From the NCBI GenBank assembly GCA_027005735.1, contig JALTLF010000085.1, forward strand, positions 1,927-65,926: a DNA stretch of 64,000 nt, read 5' to 3'. The notes under the pieces are model-generated. The model was not told the origin of the DNA. It saw only the letters and a program-made list of their open reading frames with translations, and did not search any database. Numbering within the stretch: position 1 is the stretch's first letter; the number at the start of each line of letters is the position of its first letter. This DNA is from Chromatiales bacterium. Lineage in GTDB: Bacteria; Pseudomonadota; Gammaproteobacteria; CAMYNG01. This document shows, piece after piece, positions 8,804 through 18,768 of the stretch. The translations under genes and the position numbers were made by a program.

Positions 8804-10435
8804 CTATATGGGACACACCATTTCACCCAGCTTGGCGGTCAGTTTCAGGTTTTCACTGTAATCGACGGGGCAATCTATAATACTTACCGTATTGTCAGCG
8901 AGGGCCTTTTTCAAGGTCGGCAGCAGATCCTCACCCTTCTCGATGCGATAGCCCTTCGCGCCAAAGGCCTCGGCATACTTGACGAAGTCGGGATTGGTAA
9001 AGTCGATGTTGGACTTGCGCCCGAACTGGTTCATCTGCTTCCACTCGATGAGCCCGTAGGCCGAATCGTTCCATATCAGTATCACGATGGGCGTGTTGAG
9101 CCGCATGGCGGTCTCGATTTCCTGCGAGTTCATCATGAAACCCGCATCGCCGGTGACCGCCACGACCTTCTGCTCCGGGTTGACCAGCTTGGCGGCAATC
9201 GCGCCGGGCACGGCGATGCCCATGCTGGCAAAGCCGTTGGAGATGATGCAGGTGTTGGGAAACTCACAACGGAACATGCGCGACATCCACATCTTGTGCG
9301 CGCCGACATCACAAATGGCGATGTCCTCGAGATCCATGGCCGTGCGCAGATCCCAGATGATCTTCTGCGGCTTGAGCGGCATGCTGGTATCATCCTTGTG
9401 CTGGTTCATGTCTTCCACCAGCGCCTCGCGCAGGGCCCGCATGGTGTAGCCCGGCCGCGGCGTGGCCAGCTCGGTGAGACGGATCAGGGAGTGCTTGATG
9501 TCGCCCACCACGCCGATGGAGACGGGATAATAGGCGTCCACCTCCGCCGGAGCCTGGTCGATGTGGATGATGGTGCGATCCTTCGTCGGGTGCCACAGGT
9601 AGGGATGGTATTCCACCAGGTCGAAGCCGATACAGATGATCACGTCGGCGCGGTTGAAGCCGCAGCTGACGTAATCGTTGGCCTGCAGGCCGGCGCTGCC
9701 CAGCGCCATGGGGTGCTTGAAGGGGATCACGCCCTTGGCCATGAAGGTGTTGGCCACAGGGATCCCCCACTTGTCGGCAAACTCCGCCAGTTGCTGCCAG
9801 GCCTTGCCGCGCACCACGCCGTTGCCGGCCAGCACGATGGGATGTTTGGCCTCGGCGATGATCTCGGCGGCACGCTCGACCTTGGCGGTGGGCGGCTCGG
9901 GCATGGTGGGATGCTTGATGGCCAGCGGGTGGTCATCGACGTCCATCTCGGCGATGTTTTCCGGGAACTCGATGAAGCAGGCGCCGGTCTTCTCCGTCTG
10001 CGCCACCTTGAAGGCCTTGCGCACCACCTCGGTGATGATGTTCGGCGTCAGCAGGCGCGCCGAATACTTGGTGATGCAACGGAACATCTCCTCCAGGTCC
10101 AGCACCTGGTGGGATTCCTTGTGCAGGCGCGAGGTACTGGCCTGGCCGGCGATGGCCACCACCGGCGCATGGTCCATGTTGGCGTCGGCCACGCCGGTGA
10201 CGAGATTGGTGGCGCCAGGACCGAGAGTGGCGAGACACACCCCGGCGCGGCCGGACAGCCGCCCGTACACGTCCGCCATGAAGGCCGCCCCCTGCTCATG
10301 GCGGGTGGTGACGAACTTGATCTTCGAATCCAGCAGGGCATCCATGACATCCAGGTTTTCCTCGCCCGGGATGCCAAAGACATACTCCACGCCCTCGTTC
10401 TCGAGGCATTTGACGAACAGTTCCGCGGCCTTCAT
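8804..10435 (-). CDS. alsS: Catabolic acetolactate synthase (TPP-dependent, AlsS type)
   Basis: Strong block identity to B. subtilis AlsS (GIPGEENLDVMDAL; IGFDLVEYHPYLWHPTKDRTIIHID; VTGDAGFMMNSQEIETAMRL; DCPVDYSEN). Start at MKAAELF. No alsD nearby. Confidence 0.8.
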   Translation of the reverse strand: MKAAELFVKCLENEGVEYVFGIPGEENLDVMDALLDSKIKFVTTRHEQGAAFMADVYGRLSGRAGVCLATLGPGATNLVTGVADANMDHAPVVAIAGQASTSRLHKESHQVLDLEEMFRCITKYSARLLTPNIITEVVRKAFKVAQTEKTGACFIEFPENIAEMDVDDHPLAIKHPTMPEPPTAKVERAAEIIAEAKHPIVLAGNGVVRGKAWQQLAEFADKWGIPVANTFMAKGVIPFKHPMALGSAGLQANDYVSCGFNRADVIICIGFDLVEYHPYLWHPTKDRTIIHIDQAPAEVDAYYPVSIGVVGDIKHSLIRLTELATPRPGYTMRALREALVEDMNQHKDDTSMPLKPQKIIWDLRTAMDLEDIAICDVGAHKMWMSRMFRCEFPNTCIISNGFASMGIAVPGAIAAKLVNPEQKVVAVTGDAGFMMNSQEIETAMRLNTPIVILIWNDSAYGLIEWKQMNQFGRKSNIDFTNPDFVKYAEAFGAKGYRIEKGEDLLPTLKKALADNTVSIIDCPVDYSENLKLTAKLGEMVCPI

Positions 10436-10540
10436 GGGCAACTCCTTGCGCAGGCGACACAGGCAACCAGTGCCTGTCATTGAGGGGATATCGGCAGACC
10501 CCGCGCGGACTTTACCCGCCGGGCCTGCCGCCGGGCAGTC

Positions 10541-11185
10541 CTACTTGCCGAGCTTTCTGGCTTCCAGGGCGATGAGGTAGTCCAGCGCGTCCAGCACGCC
10601 CTCGTCACCATTGACCAGCGGCCCGCTGGTGCGGTACTTGCCGTTGACCACCACGGTCGGCACGCCATCCACGCCGTAGCGGCGCGTCAGATCCGCCGCG
10701 CGGCGTACCTTGAGGTCCACGGCAAAGGAATTGTAGGTCTCGAGGAACTTCGCCTCGCTGATGCCGAAACGGGTAAAGAAGCCGGCAAAGTCCGCGCCGT
10801 TGCGAAAGCGTTTACGCTCCACGTGGATGGCATCGAACAGCGCCTGGTGGGAGCGGTCCAGTACGCCGAGTAGCTCGGCGGCATAGTAGGCCTTGGCCGC
10901 GGGAACCCAGCCCGGGCCGGTGATGGCGGGGATCAATACCACGTCGACATAGTCGGGCTTGCGTTCCCTGATCCATTTGCGGAACTTGGGCTCGAAACGA
11001 AAACAATGGGGACAGCCGTACCAGAACAGTTCCACCACTTCGATGCGCTGCGGATCGGCGGTGGGCACGGGGGGCGAGATGGGAATGTACTCGATGCCCT
11101 CGTCAAAGGTACGCCCGCCGGCCGCCATCGCCAGGGCCGGCAGCAACAACAGCAGGGCCGGCCACAGGGCGCGGAATCTTGTCAT
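10541..11185 (-). CDS. dsbA: Thiol:disulfide interchange protein DsbA
   Basis: Signal peptide plus the WYGCPHC active site, DsbA length and fold. Confidence 0.85.
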   Translation of the reverse strand: MTRFRALWPALLLLLPALAMAAGGRTFDEGIEYIPISPPVPTADPQRIEVVELFWYGCPHCFRFEPKFRKWIRERKPDYVDVVLIPAITGPGWVPAAKAYYAAELLGVLDRSHQALFDAIHVERKRFRNGADFAGFFTRFGISEAKFLETYNSFAVDLKVRRAADLTRRYGVDGVPTVVVNGKYRTSGPLVNGDEGVLDALDYLIALEARKLGK

Positions 11186-11432
11186 TTTTCTCTCCCTATC
11201 GTATTGGTCGGGTTCCGGCGTGTTCCGCCGGATGTCTGCCGATCAGACTAGGCAATCCCCCGTTTGGACGCAAGCGAGGCGTGCAAGTTTCACGGATCGG
11301 GACGAATTTCCCCCGCGCCGCGCCGGCGGTACCGTGGGCGTGGCGGATGCCCGCTGGACAGGCCACTGGGTGTCGGGGACAATAGCCGTCCCGAAATCCT
11401 GGCCGGCCGTCTGCCCACGCTCCATCATCCCC

Positions 11433-12080
11433 ATGTCCGTTGTCCCCCACCATACGCTGCGCATCCAGGGCCTCGGCTGCGAGCGCGGCGACCGCCGCCT
11501 GTTCAGCGCGCTGGACTTTCAGCTCGGTGCCGGCGAGGTGCTGCGCGTGGAGGGCGCCAACGGCAGCGGCAAGACCACCCTGCTGCGCACCCTGTGCGGC
11601 CTGCGCCGCCCCGACGAAGGCGAGATCCTGTGGGACGGCGAGCCGCTGGCGCGGGTACGCCCCGAGTTCAACGCCGAGCTGACCTACATCGGGCACCTGC
11701 CCGGCATCAAGGTCGACCTCACGCCGCTGGAGAACCTCGCCGTGGACGGCGCCCTGCACCGCACACGTGCCGATGCCGATGCCATGGCGGCGCTGGATGC
11801 CGTGGGCCTGTTCGGCTTCGAGGACCTGCCCGCGCGCACCCTGTCCGCGGGTCAGCGCCGGCGCGTGGCACTGGCGCGCCTGTTCCTCATGGATACCCGC
11901 CTGTGGGTGCTCGACGAGCCTTTCACCGCGCTGGACGTGCGCGGCGTGGACATGCTCGCCGCCTGCATCGACGACCATGTGGCGCGCGGCGGCATGGTGA
12001 TCTTCACCACCCACCAGGCCATCAGCTTCGGCAGCGGCGAACCGCGCTCCCTGGTACTGGGCGCAGAGGGCAGGGCATGA
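11433..12080 (+). CDS. ccmA: Heme exporter ATP-binding protein CcmA
   Basis: Walker A GANGSGKTTL and ABC signature LSAGQRRR. Start computed as 216 codons from the stop. Confidence 0.85.
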   Translation: MSVVPHHTLRIQGLGCERGDRRLFSALDFQLGAGEVLRVEGANGSGKTTLLRTLCGLRRPDEGEILWDGEPLARVRPEFNAELTYIGHLPGIKVDLTPLENLAVDGALHRTRADADAMAALDAVGLFGFEDLPARTLSAGQRRRVALARLFLMDTRLWVLDEPFTALDVRGVDMLAACIDDHVARGGMVIFTTHQAISFGSGEPRSLVLGAEGRA

Positions 12081-12751
12081 GCCTCTTCGAGGTCACCCGC
12101 CGCATGCTGCGCCGCGACCTGCTGCTGGCCTACCGCCATCGGGGCGAGCTGGCCAACCCGCTGGTGTTCTTCCTCATCGTCGTCAGCCTGTTCCCGCTCA
12201 GTCTCGAGCCGGATCCGAAGCTGCTGGCCACCATCGGCTCGGGGGTCATCTGGGTGGCGGCGCTGCTCGCCACCATGCTCTCCCTGGACGCCATGTTCCG
12301 CCCCGACTTCGAGGACGGCACCCTGGAGCAGCTCATGCTGAGCCCGCACCCGGTGGCCCTGCTGGTGCTGGTGCGGGTCTTCGCCCACTGGCTGGTGGCG
12401 GGCCTGCCGCTGATCCTGCTCTCGCCCCTGCTCGCCTTGCTCATGAACCTGCCGGGGGAGGCGCTGCCTGCGCTGCTGGCCTCGCTGGCGCTGGGCACGC
12501 CGGTACTGAGCCTTGTCGGGGCCATCGGTGTGGCTTTGACGGTGGCGCTGCGCCGCAGCGGGGTGTTACTGTCGCTGCTGGTCTTACCTTTATATATACC
12601 GGTGTTGATCTTCGGCGCGCGCGCGGTCACCGACGCCGCGGCGGGCCTGCCCTGGAGCGGGCCGCTGCTGTTCATCGGCGCCCTGCTGGCGCTGGCGCTG
12701 ACGCTGGCGCCGCTGGCCATTGCCGGGGCGTTGCGCATCTCACTGGAATAA
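12077..12751 (+). CDS. ccmB: Heme exporter permease CcmB
   Basis: Polytopic membrane protein. ATGA overlap with ccmA. Confidence 0.85.
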   Translation: MSLFEVTRRMLRRDLLLAYRHRGELANPLVFFLIVVSLFPLSLEPDPKLLATIGSGVIWVAALLATMLSLDAMFRPDFEDGTLEQLMLSPHPVALLVLVRVFAHWLVAGLPLILLSPLLALLMNLPGEALPALLASLALGTPVLSLVGAIGVALTVALRRSGVLLSLLVLPLYIPVLIFGARAVTDAAAGLPWSGPLLFIGALLALALTLAPLAIAGALRISLE

Positions 12752-12777
12752 CCCTTTAGAGGAGAAGGGAAACGATC

Positions 12778-13518
12778 ATGTGGGTCTGGTTTCACAAGCT
12801 GGGATCGCCAAAGTATTTCTGGGGCTTCAGCCAGCGCCTGCTGCCCTGGCTGGGCGCCCTCACCGCGCTCAGCTTCCTTGCCGGGCTGGCGCTGGCGCTG
12901 GTGTTCTCGCCACCGGACTACCAGCAGGGCGAGACGGTGCGCATCATGTACATCCATGTGCCCGCCGCCATGATGTCCATGCTCGTCTACGTGGTCATGG
13001 CGGTGGCGGGCGCCATCCTGCTCATCTGGCGCATGAAGATGGCCGAGATGGTGGCGGCGGCCTCGGCCCCCGTCGGCGCCTCCTTCACCCTGCTGGCGCT
13101 CATCACCGGCTCCCTGTGGGGCAAGCCCATGTGGGGGACCTGGTGGGCCTGGGACGCGCGCCTGACCTCGGAACTCATCCTGCTGTTCCTCTACCTCGGC
13201 TACATGGCGCTGTATAATGCCATCGAGGATCGGCGCAGCGCCGGGCGCGCAGCGGCGGTACTGGCGCTGGTGGGGGTCATCAACATCCCCATCATTCACT
13301 ACTCGGTGGAGTGGTGGTACACCCTGCACCAGGGGCCCACCACCCGGGGCGTGCGCATTGCCGGTAGTATCCACCCATCCATGCGCTGGCCGCTGTTTAC
13401 CATGATGATCGCCTTCAACCTGTTCTATGCCCTGGTGCTGTTGAAGCGCGTGCGCTGCCTGATCCTGCAGAACGAGAAGGATAGCGCCTGGGTGCGGGAA
13501 CTGGCGAGTGAGAAATGA
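12778..13518 (+). CDS. ccmC: Heme exporter protein CcmC
   Basis: CcmC family with the tryptophan-rich WGxxWxWD motif (WGKPMWGTWWAWD). Confidence 0.9.
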   Translation: MWVWFHKLGSPKYFWGFSQRLLPWLGALTALSFLAGLALALVFSPPDYQQGETVRIMYIHVPAAMMSMLVYVVMAVAGAILLIWRMKMAEMVAAASAPVGASFTLLALITGSLWGKPMWGTWWAWDARLTSELILLFLYLGYMALYNAIEDRRSAGRAAAVLALVGVINIPIIHYSVEWWYTLHQGPTTRGVRIAGSIHPSMRWPLFTMMIAFNLFYALVLLKRVRCLILQNEKDSAWVRELASEK

Positions 13519-13699
13519 GTCCCTGTATATGTTGAGCGAATTCCTGAATATGGGCGGCTATGCCGCCTACGTGTGGCCCGTGTACATCATTGCCGCCGTG
13601 GTGCTGATCGCCAACCTGGTCACACCCTGGCAGGCGGAAAAGAAGATAATCCGCGACCTGAAGCGCAGACAGCGCCGTGAAAGCAGAGGTATCCAATGA
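13508..13699 (+). CDS. ccmD: Heme exporter protein CcmD
   Basis: EFLNMGGYAAYVW matches E. coli CcmD NEFFAMGGYAFFVW. Alternative start at 13529. Confidence 0.75.
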   Translation: MRNESLYMLSEFLNMGGYAAYVWPVYIIAAVVLIANLVTPWQAEKKIIRDLKRRQRRESRGIQ

Positions 13700-14178
13700 G
13701 ACCCGCTCGCAAAAGACGCCTGTACCTTGTCCTGTTGATCCTCATCGGGGCGGCGGCCTTTGTCTCGCTCGCCATGTGGGGACTGGGCGAGTACAAGATG
13801 TTTTTCTTCAAGCCCTCTGAAGTGGCGCGCGGCGAGACCCCGCCGGGGCGGGCCTTCAAGATCGGCGGCCTGGTCAAGGAAGGCAGCGTCAGGCGCAACG
13901 GCAAGACCGTGGAGTTCACCATCACCGATACCCTCGCCGACGTGGTCATCCGCTACACCGGCAGCCTGCCGGATCTGTTCCGCGAGGGACAGGGCATCGT
14001 CGCCGACGGACGCCTCAACGCCGACGGCGTCTTCGAGGCCACCAACGTGCTGGCCAAGCATGACGAGAACTACATGCCGCCGGAGGTGGCCGAGGCGCTG
14101 AAAGAATCCGGCGCCATGCCGCCGCACGAGATAGTGCGCCCGAAGCCCGGTGAACCCCGACCCCTGGGTGCCCGGTAA
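13696..14178 (+). CDS. ccmE: Cytochrome c-type biogenesis heme chaperone CcmE
   Basis: N-terminal membrane anchor and the conserved heme-binding motif VLAKHDENYMP. Confidence 0.9.
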   Translation: MRPARKRRLYLVLLILIGAAAFVSLAMWGLGEYKMFFFKPSEVARGETPPGRAFKIGGLVKEGSVRRNGKTVEFTITDTLADVVIRYTGSLPDLFREGQGIVADGRLNADGVFEATNVLAKHDENYMPPEVAEALKESGAMPPHEIVRPKPGEPRPLGAR

Positions 14179-14228
14179 GGCGGCGCGACGAGTTCCGGCC
14201 AACGCAACCCACACCGCAGGATCCCTTC

Positions 14229-16256
14229 ATGATTACCCAACTCGGCCACTTCTCCCTGGTCCTCGCCCTCGGCATTGCGCTGCTGCAGGCAGTGCTGCCA
14301 CTGGCCGGCGCCCAGACCGGCAATCGCCAGTGGATGGGCGTGGCGCGCCCCGCCGCCCAGGTGCAGTTCGTCCTGCTCGCCATCGCCTTTGCCAGCCTGG
14401 TGTGGGCCTTCGTCAACGACGACTTCTCCCTGCTCTACGTGGCGAGCAACTCCAATACCGCCATGCCCACCATCTACAAGGTCAGTGCGGTGTGGGGCGC
14501 CCACGAAGGATCCCTGCTGCTATGGGCCTTCATCCTTGCCATCTGGAGCCTGGCGGTAACGATTTTTTCGCGCAGCCTGCCGCTGGTGTACGTGGCGCGG
14601 GTGCTGGGCATCATGGGCCTGATAAGCGTCGGCTTTCTGCTCTTCATGCTGCTGACCTCCAACCCCTTCGAGGCGATCTTCCCCGCGCCCTTCGAGGGCC
14701 GTGAACTCAACCCCCTGCTGCAGGATCCGGGTCTGGCCATTCACCCGCCCATGCTCTACATGGGCTACGTGGGCTTCTCGGTGGCCTTTGCCTTCGCCAT
14801 CGCCGCGCTGCTGGGCGGGCGCCTCGATGCCGCCTGGGCGCGCTGGTCGCGGCCGTGGACCACAGCGGCGTGGATCTTCCTCACCATCGGTATCGTACTC
14901 GGCAGCTGGTGGGCCTACTACGAGCTGGGCTGGGGCGGCTGGTGGTTCTGGGACCCGGTGGAAAACGCCTCCTTCATGCCCTGGTTAATAGGCACGGCCC
15001 TGATCCACTCCCTGGCCGTAACCGAGAAGCGCGATACCTTCAAGGCCTGGACGGTGCTGCTCGCCATCTTCGCCTTTTCCCTGAGCCTGCTCGGCACCTT
15101 CCTCGTGCGCTCCGGGGTACTGACCTCGGTGCATGCCTTCGCCACCGATCCCGAGCGCGGCCTGTTCATTCTCGTCTTCCTCGGCGTCGTCATTGGTGGT
15201 TCGCTGGGCCTGTATGCCTGGCGCGGCAAACAGATCCGTTCCAGCGGCAGCTTCGCGCTGCTGTCGCGGGAGATGCTGATGCTGCTCAACAACATGATCC
15301 TCGTTGGCCTCGCCGCCGGCACCCTGCTGGGCACGCTCTATCCGCTGGTGATGGACGCCCTCACCGGGGAGAAGATCTCGGTGGGCAAGCCTTGGTTCGA
15401 CTTCATCTTCATGGTGGTCTCTCCCTTCCTCATCCTGCTCACCGGGCTCGGCCCGCTGGTGCGCTGGAAACGCCACGACAGGGCCGAGCTGCTGCGCAGC
15501 CTGCGCGTCCCGGCGGTGGTGACGGTGCTGAGCTTCATCGTTGCCGCGGCGGTGTTCTACGCCGGAGACTCGCCGGCCTTCAAGGTGGCGCTCGGCCTCG
15601 CGCTGGCCATCTGGATCGTCGCGACCCTCATGGACAACCTGCTCGGCAAGTTCGCCAATCGGCGCATGTCGCTGGCGGGTCTCGCCGGGCTGGGAGGGGG
15701 CTACTGGGGCATGTGGCTGGCCCATTTCGGCCTTGCCGCATTCATCACCGGCGTCACCGTGGTCTCGGCCTTCGCGCAGCAGGACGACGTCACGGTCAGG
15801 CCGGGGGACAGCGTGACGCTGGCGGGTTACAGCTTCCGTTTCGAGGGCGTCACCGAGACCCGGGGGCCGAACTACACCGCCCAGCGCGGCAGCGTCTTCG
15901 TCTATCGTGACGGCAAGCTCATCGCCGAACTGGAGCCGGAAAAGCGCGTCTACAGCAACGCCGGCATGCCCATGACCGAGGCCGCCATCGACAGCAACCT
16001 GGCGCGGGACCTCTACGTCTCGCTGGGCGAACCCCTCGAGGACGGCAGCTGGCTGATGCGGGTCTATTACAAGCCGCTGCAGTCCTGGCTGTGGTGGGCC
16101 GGCGGCCTGATGGCCCTGGGCGGCATACTTGCCGCGGCGGATCGCCGCTACCGGCGCATCCTGCGGCGCGAGGAACGCCAGCGCGAAAACGCCCAGGCGC
16201 TGCTCGAGGAACTGCTGGACGAGGCGGGCGCGGCCCGCGTGGGAGGAAGCAACTGA
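14229..16256 (+). CDS. ccmF: Cytochrome c-type biogenesis protein CcmF
   Basis: 675-aa polytopic protein with the WGGWWFWDPVEN motif. Confidence 0.9.
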   Translation: MITQLGHFSLVLALGIALLQAVLPLAGAQTGNRQWMGVARPAAQVQFVLLAIAFASLVWAFVNDDFSLLYVASNSNTAMPTIYKVSAVWGAHEGSLLLWAFILAIWSLAVTIFSRSLPLVYVARVLGIMGLISVGFLLFMLLTSNPFEAIFPAPFEGRELNPLLQDPGLAIHPPMLYMGYVGFSVAFAFAIAALLGGRLDAAWARWSRPWTTAAWIFLTIGIVLGSWWAYYELGWGGWWFWDPVENASFMPWLIGTALIHSLAVTEKRDTFKAWTVLLAIFAFSLSLLGTFLVRSGVLTSVHAFATDPERGLFILVFLGVVIGGSLGLYAWRGKQIRSSGSFALLSREMLMLLNNMILVGLAAGTLLGTLYPLVMDALTGEKISVGKPWFDFIFMVVSPFLILLTGLGPLVRWKRHDRAELLRSLRVPAVVTVLSFIVAAAVFYAGDSPAFKVALGLALAIWIVATLMDNLLGKFANRRMSLAGLAGLGGGYWGMWLAHFGLAAFITGVTVVSAFAQQDDVTVRPGDSVTLAGYSFRFEGVTETRGPNYTAQRGSVFVYRDGKLIAELEPEKRVYSNAGMPMTEAAIDSNLARDLYVSLGEPLEDGSWLMRVYYKPLQSWLWWAGGLMALGGILAAADRRYRRILRREERQRENAQALLEELLDEAGAARVGGSN

Positions 16257-16789
16257 TGGCGCGTTTTCTCGTCCCCCTGGGGATCTTCCTGGTACTGGTG
16301 GGTTTTCTCTACGTGGGCCTCAACCTCAACCCGCGCGAGATCCCCTCGCCGCTCATCGGCAAGCCGGCGCCGGACTTCACCCTGCCCGGCCTCAAGGATC
16401 CCGAGCAGTCCTTCAGCCGCGCCGATCTGCTCGGCAAGGTGACGCTGGTGAATGCCTGGGCCTCGTGGTGTACCACCTGCCGCCAGGAACACCACCTGCT
16501 GATGGAACTTGCTCGCACGGAGGGCGTGCAGATCTACGGCATCAATTACAAGGATACGCGCGAGGACGCCCTGGCCTACCTGCAACAACTGGGAGATCCC
16601 TACGTCATCAGCGGTCATGACATCCAGGGGCGCGTCGGCCTGGACTTCGGCGTCATCGCCACGCCGGAGACCTTCATCATCGACAGGAAGGGCGTCATTC
16701 GCTACAAGCAGACTGGCGCCATTACGGTGGAGGCGTGGCGCGAGACCATCGCCCCGCTGCTGGAACGACTGGAGGCGGAAGAGGGATGA
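16256..16789 (+). CDS. ccmG: Thiol:disulfide interchange protein CcmG/DsbE
   Basis: Thioredoxin motif WASWCTTC. ATGA overlap with the ccmF stop. Confidence 0.85.
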   Translation: MARFLVPLGIFLVLVGFLYVGLNLNPREIPSPLIGKPAPDFTLPGLKDPEQSFSRADLLGKVTLVNAWASWCTTCRQEHHLLMELARTEGVQIYGINYKDTREDALAYLQQLGDPYVISGHDIQGRVGLDFGVIATPETFIIDRKGVIRYKQTGAITVEAWRETIAPLLERLEAEEG

Positions 16790-17286
16790 GGATACTGCTG
16801 CTGTTCTTGGCGCTGTTCGCCAGCATGCCGGCGTTGGCCATCGTCGAACAGGCCGACGTGATGCCCGCTGACTTCGACAACCCGGAACAGAAGGCGCGCT
16901 TTCGCGCCCTCACCGAGGAACTGCGCTGCACGGTGTGCCAGAACCAGAATATCGCCGACTCCCATGCCTCGCTGGCGCGCGACGTGCGCCGCCAGGTGCT
17001 CAATCTGATCAAGCAGGGCAAGAGCGACGAGGAGGTGGTGGACTACCTCGTCGCCCGCTACGGTGACTTCGTTCGCTACCGGCCCCCCTTCGATGCCCGC
17101 ACCGCGGTACTCTGGCTGGGACCCTTCGTGTTCCTCCTCGTCGGCCTGTGGGCCCTGCTCGCCTTCATCCGCCGGCGCAACCGCGAACAGACCGCAAGCG
17201 TGCTTGATGCCGAAGAACAGGTGGCCCTGCAGAAGGCCCTGAATGCCCTCAAGGACCACGACGCATCCGCGGGAGGCGACAAGTAG
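16786..17286 (+). CDS. ccmH: Cytochrome c-type biogenesis protein CcmH
   Basis: LRCTVCQNQ (LRCxxC) motif, signal peptide and C-terminal TM. Start at MRILLLF. Confidence 0.85.
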   Translation: MRILLLFLALFASMPALAIVEQADVMPADFDNPEQKARFRALTEELRCTVCQNQNIADSHASLARDVRRQVLNLIKQGKSDEEVVDYLVARYGDFVRYRPPFDARTAVLWLGPFVFLLVGLWALLAFIRRRNREQTASVLDAEEQVALQKALNALKDHDASAGGDK

Positions 17287-18515
17287 TGTTTACCTTTCTG
17301 AGCTTCCTCGTCTTTGCCGGCGCGCTGGCCTGGTCCCTGCACGCCCTGTGGCGCCCGGCACCGGCGGAGGTGCATACCAGCACGCGCATGAACCTGGCCG
17401 TGTACCGCGACCGCCTTGAGGAACTGAAACAGGATCTGGCCACCGGCCTCATCGACGAGGAACAGTATCAACAGGCACGCGCGGAAATGGCCCGCGCCCT
17501 GTTGCAGGACCTGCGCGCGGAAGAAGAGCAGCAGATCACCGCCAGCCGGCGCAGCCGCCTGTCGGCCTCGCTGAGCGCGGTGGTGGCCGTCGCCGCCCTG
17601 AGTATCGGCCTCTACAGCTACCTCTCCGACAGGATTTACCTCACCGAGGTACCGCCGGCGACCAACACCCCCGAGGCACTCGAGATCGCCCGTCAGGTTC
17701 GCAGCCAGTTGTTCCTCGTCCAGCAGGATCCCGGCAACGCTGAAAACTGGTATCTGCTCGGCAACGGTTACATCGCCATGGGGCGTTTTGATGCCGCCCT
17801 GCAGGCCTATGAACGGGCGATGGAATTGAGCGGCGAGAGTGCCAAACTGCTGGTCAGCCAGGCCCATGCCCTGGCCCGCCTGCACGGTGGCAACCTCGAA
17901 GGCCGCCCGGCGCAGTTGATCCGCCACGCCCTGGCGCTGGAGCCCGAGAACCCGGCGGCCCTGACCTGGGCCGGCATGCTGGGCTTCCAGAGCGGCGACT
18001 TCGACCAGGCCATGCGCTACTGGCGCGCCTTGCTGGATCAGCTGGAGCCCGGCAGTGACCACTACCGACAGATCGAGGGCCTCATTGCCGAGGCACAACT
18101 GCGCAAGGCGGGCATGGTGCCCCGCGCGCCCGGGGAACCCGCGGCCACCCCGCAGCACCCCGCCGCCGTGGCCGGTCTCACCGTGCAGGTGGATCTGGCC
18201 GAGAGCGTGCGCGCCCAGGCCAGCCCCGGCGACAGCGTCTTCATCTTCGCCCGCGCCAGCGCGGGTCCCCGCATGCCGCTCGCCGTGGTACGCAAGACCG
18301 TCGCCGATCTGCCGCTGACCCTGACCCTCGACGACAGCATGGCCATGGCGCCGCAACTGGCCCTGTCCCAGTTCGACGAGGTGATGCTGGTGGCGCGGGT
18401 CTCGAAGTCCGGCGGGGTTCAGGCCGCCAGCGGCGACCTGGTGGGCGAGATCGGCCCCGTCAGCACGCAACTCACCGAACCGGTGCGCCTCGTCATCAAC
18501 AAGGTCGTACCCTGA
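17286..18515 (+). CDS. ccmI: Cytochrome c-type biogenesis protein CcmI/CycH (TPR repeats)
   Basis: GTG start overlapping the ccmH stop, two N-terminal TM helices, then TPR-like repeats. Last gene of the ccm operon. Confidence 0.75.
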   Translation: MFTFLSFLVFAGALAWSLHALWRPAPAEVHTSTRMNLAVYRDRLEELKQDLATGLIDEEQYQQARAEMARALLQDLRAEEEQQITASRRSRLSASLSAVVAVAALSIGLYSYLSDRIYLTEVPPATNTPEALEIARQVRSQLFLVQQDPGNAENWYLLGNGYIAMGRFDAALQAYERAMELSGESAKLLVSQAHALARLHGGNLEGRPAQLIRHALALEPENPAALTWAGMLGFQSGDFDQAMRYWRALLDQLEPGSDHYRQIEGLIAEAQLRKAGMVPRAPGEPAATPQHPAAVAGLTVQVDLAESVRAQASPGDSVFIFARASAGPRMPLAVVRKTVADLPLTLTLDDSMAMAPQLALSQFDEVMLVARVSKSGGVQAASGDLVGEIGPVSTQLTEPVRLVINKVVP

Positions 18516-18631
18516 GACAAAATCCCGCGTGAAACACTGCGGAACTTTCTCGCCGTCCCGCAGTCTCAATGGTCAGCTATCCGCTCACTCCTTGGCGGAT
18601 ACGCCCGGCGCCCCCAAGGCCGGGCATGTTA

Positions 18632-18676
18632 GCCCCGGACGTCAACATCCCCCACGTTTTCCGGGGCCTTTTTTTT
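18632..18676 (+). terminator. Rho-independent terminator after the ccm operon
   Basis: Stem GCCCCGGA / TCCGGGGC (8 bp, 19-nt loop) followed by CTTTTTTTT. Confidence 0.6.
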
Positions 18677-18768
18677 GTCTGTCTGAAGGGAAATTGCGGG
18701 AAATTGGGGACAGACCACGTTTTTCCCCCACTGTCCAAGGTCGAAAAGGTGGTCTGTTCCCGATTTCC

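Noticed and set aside
10436-10540. Possible terminator or riboswitch in the alsS 5' UTR / dsbA 3' region
   Set aside because: It contains only direct repeats of CCGCCGGGC, with no convincing stem plus U-tract or conserved riboswitch core.
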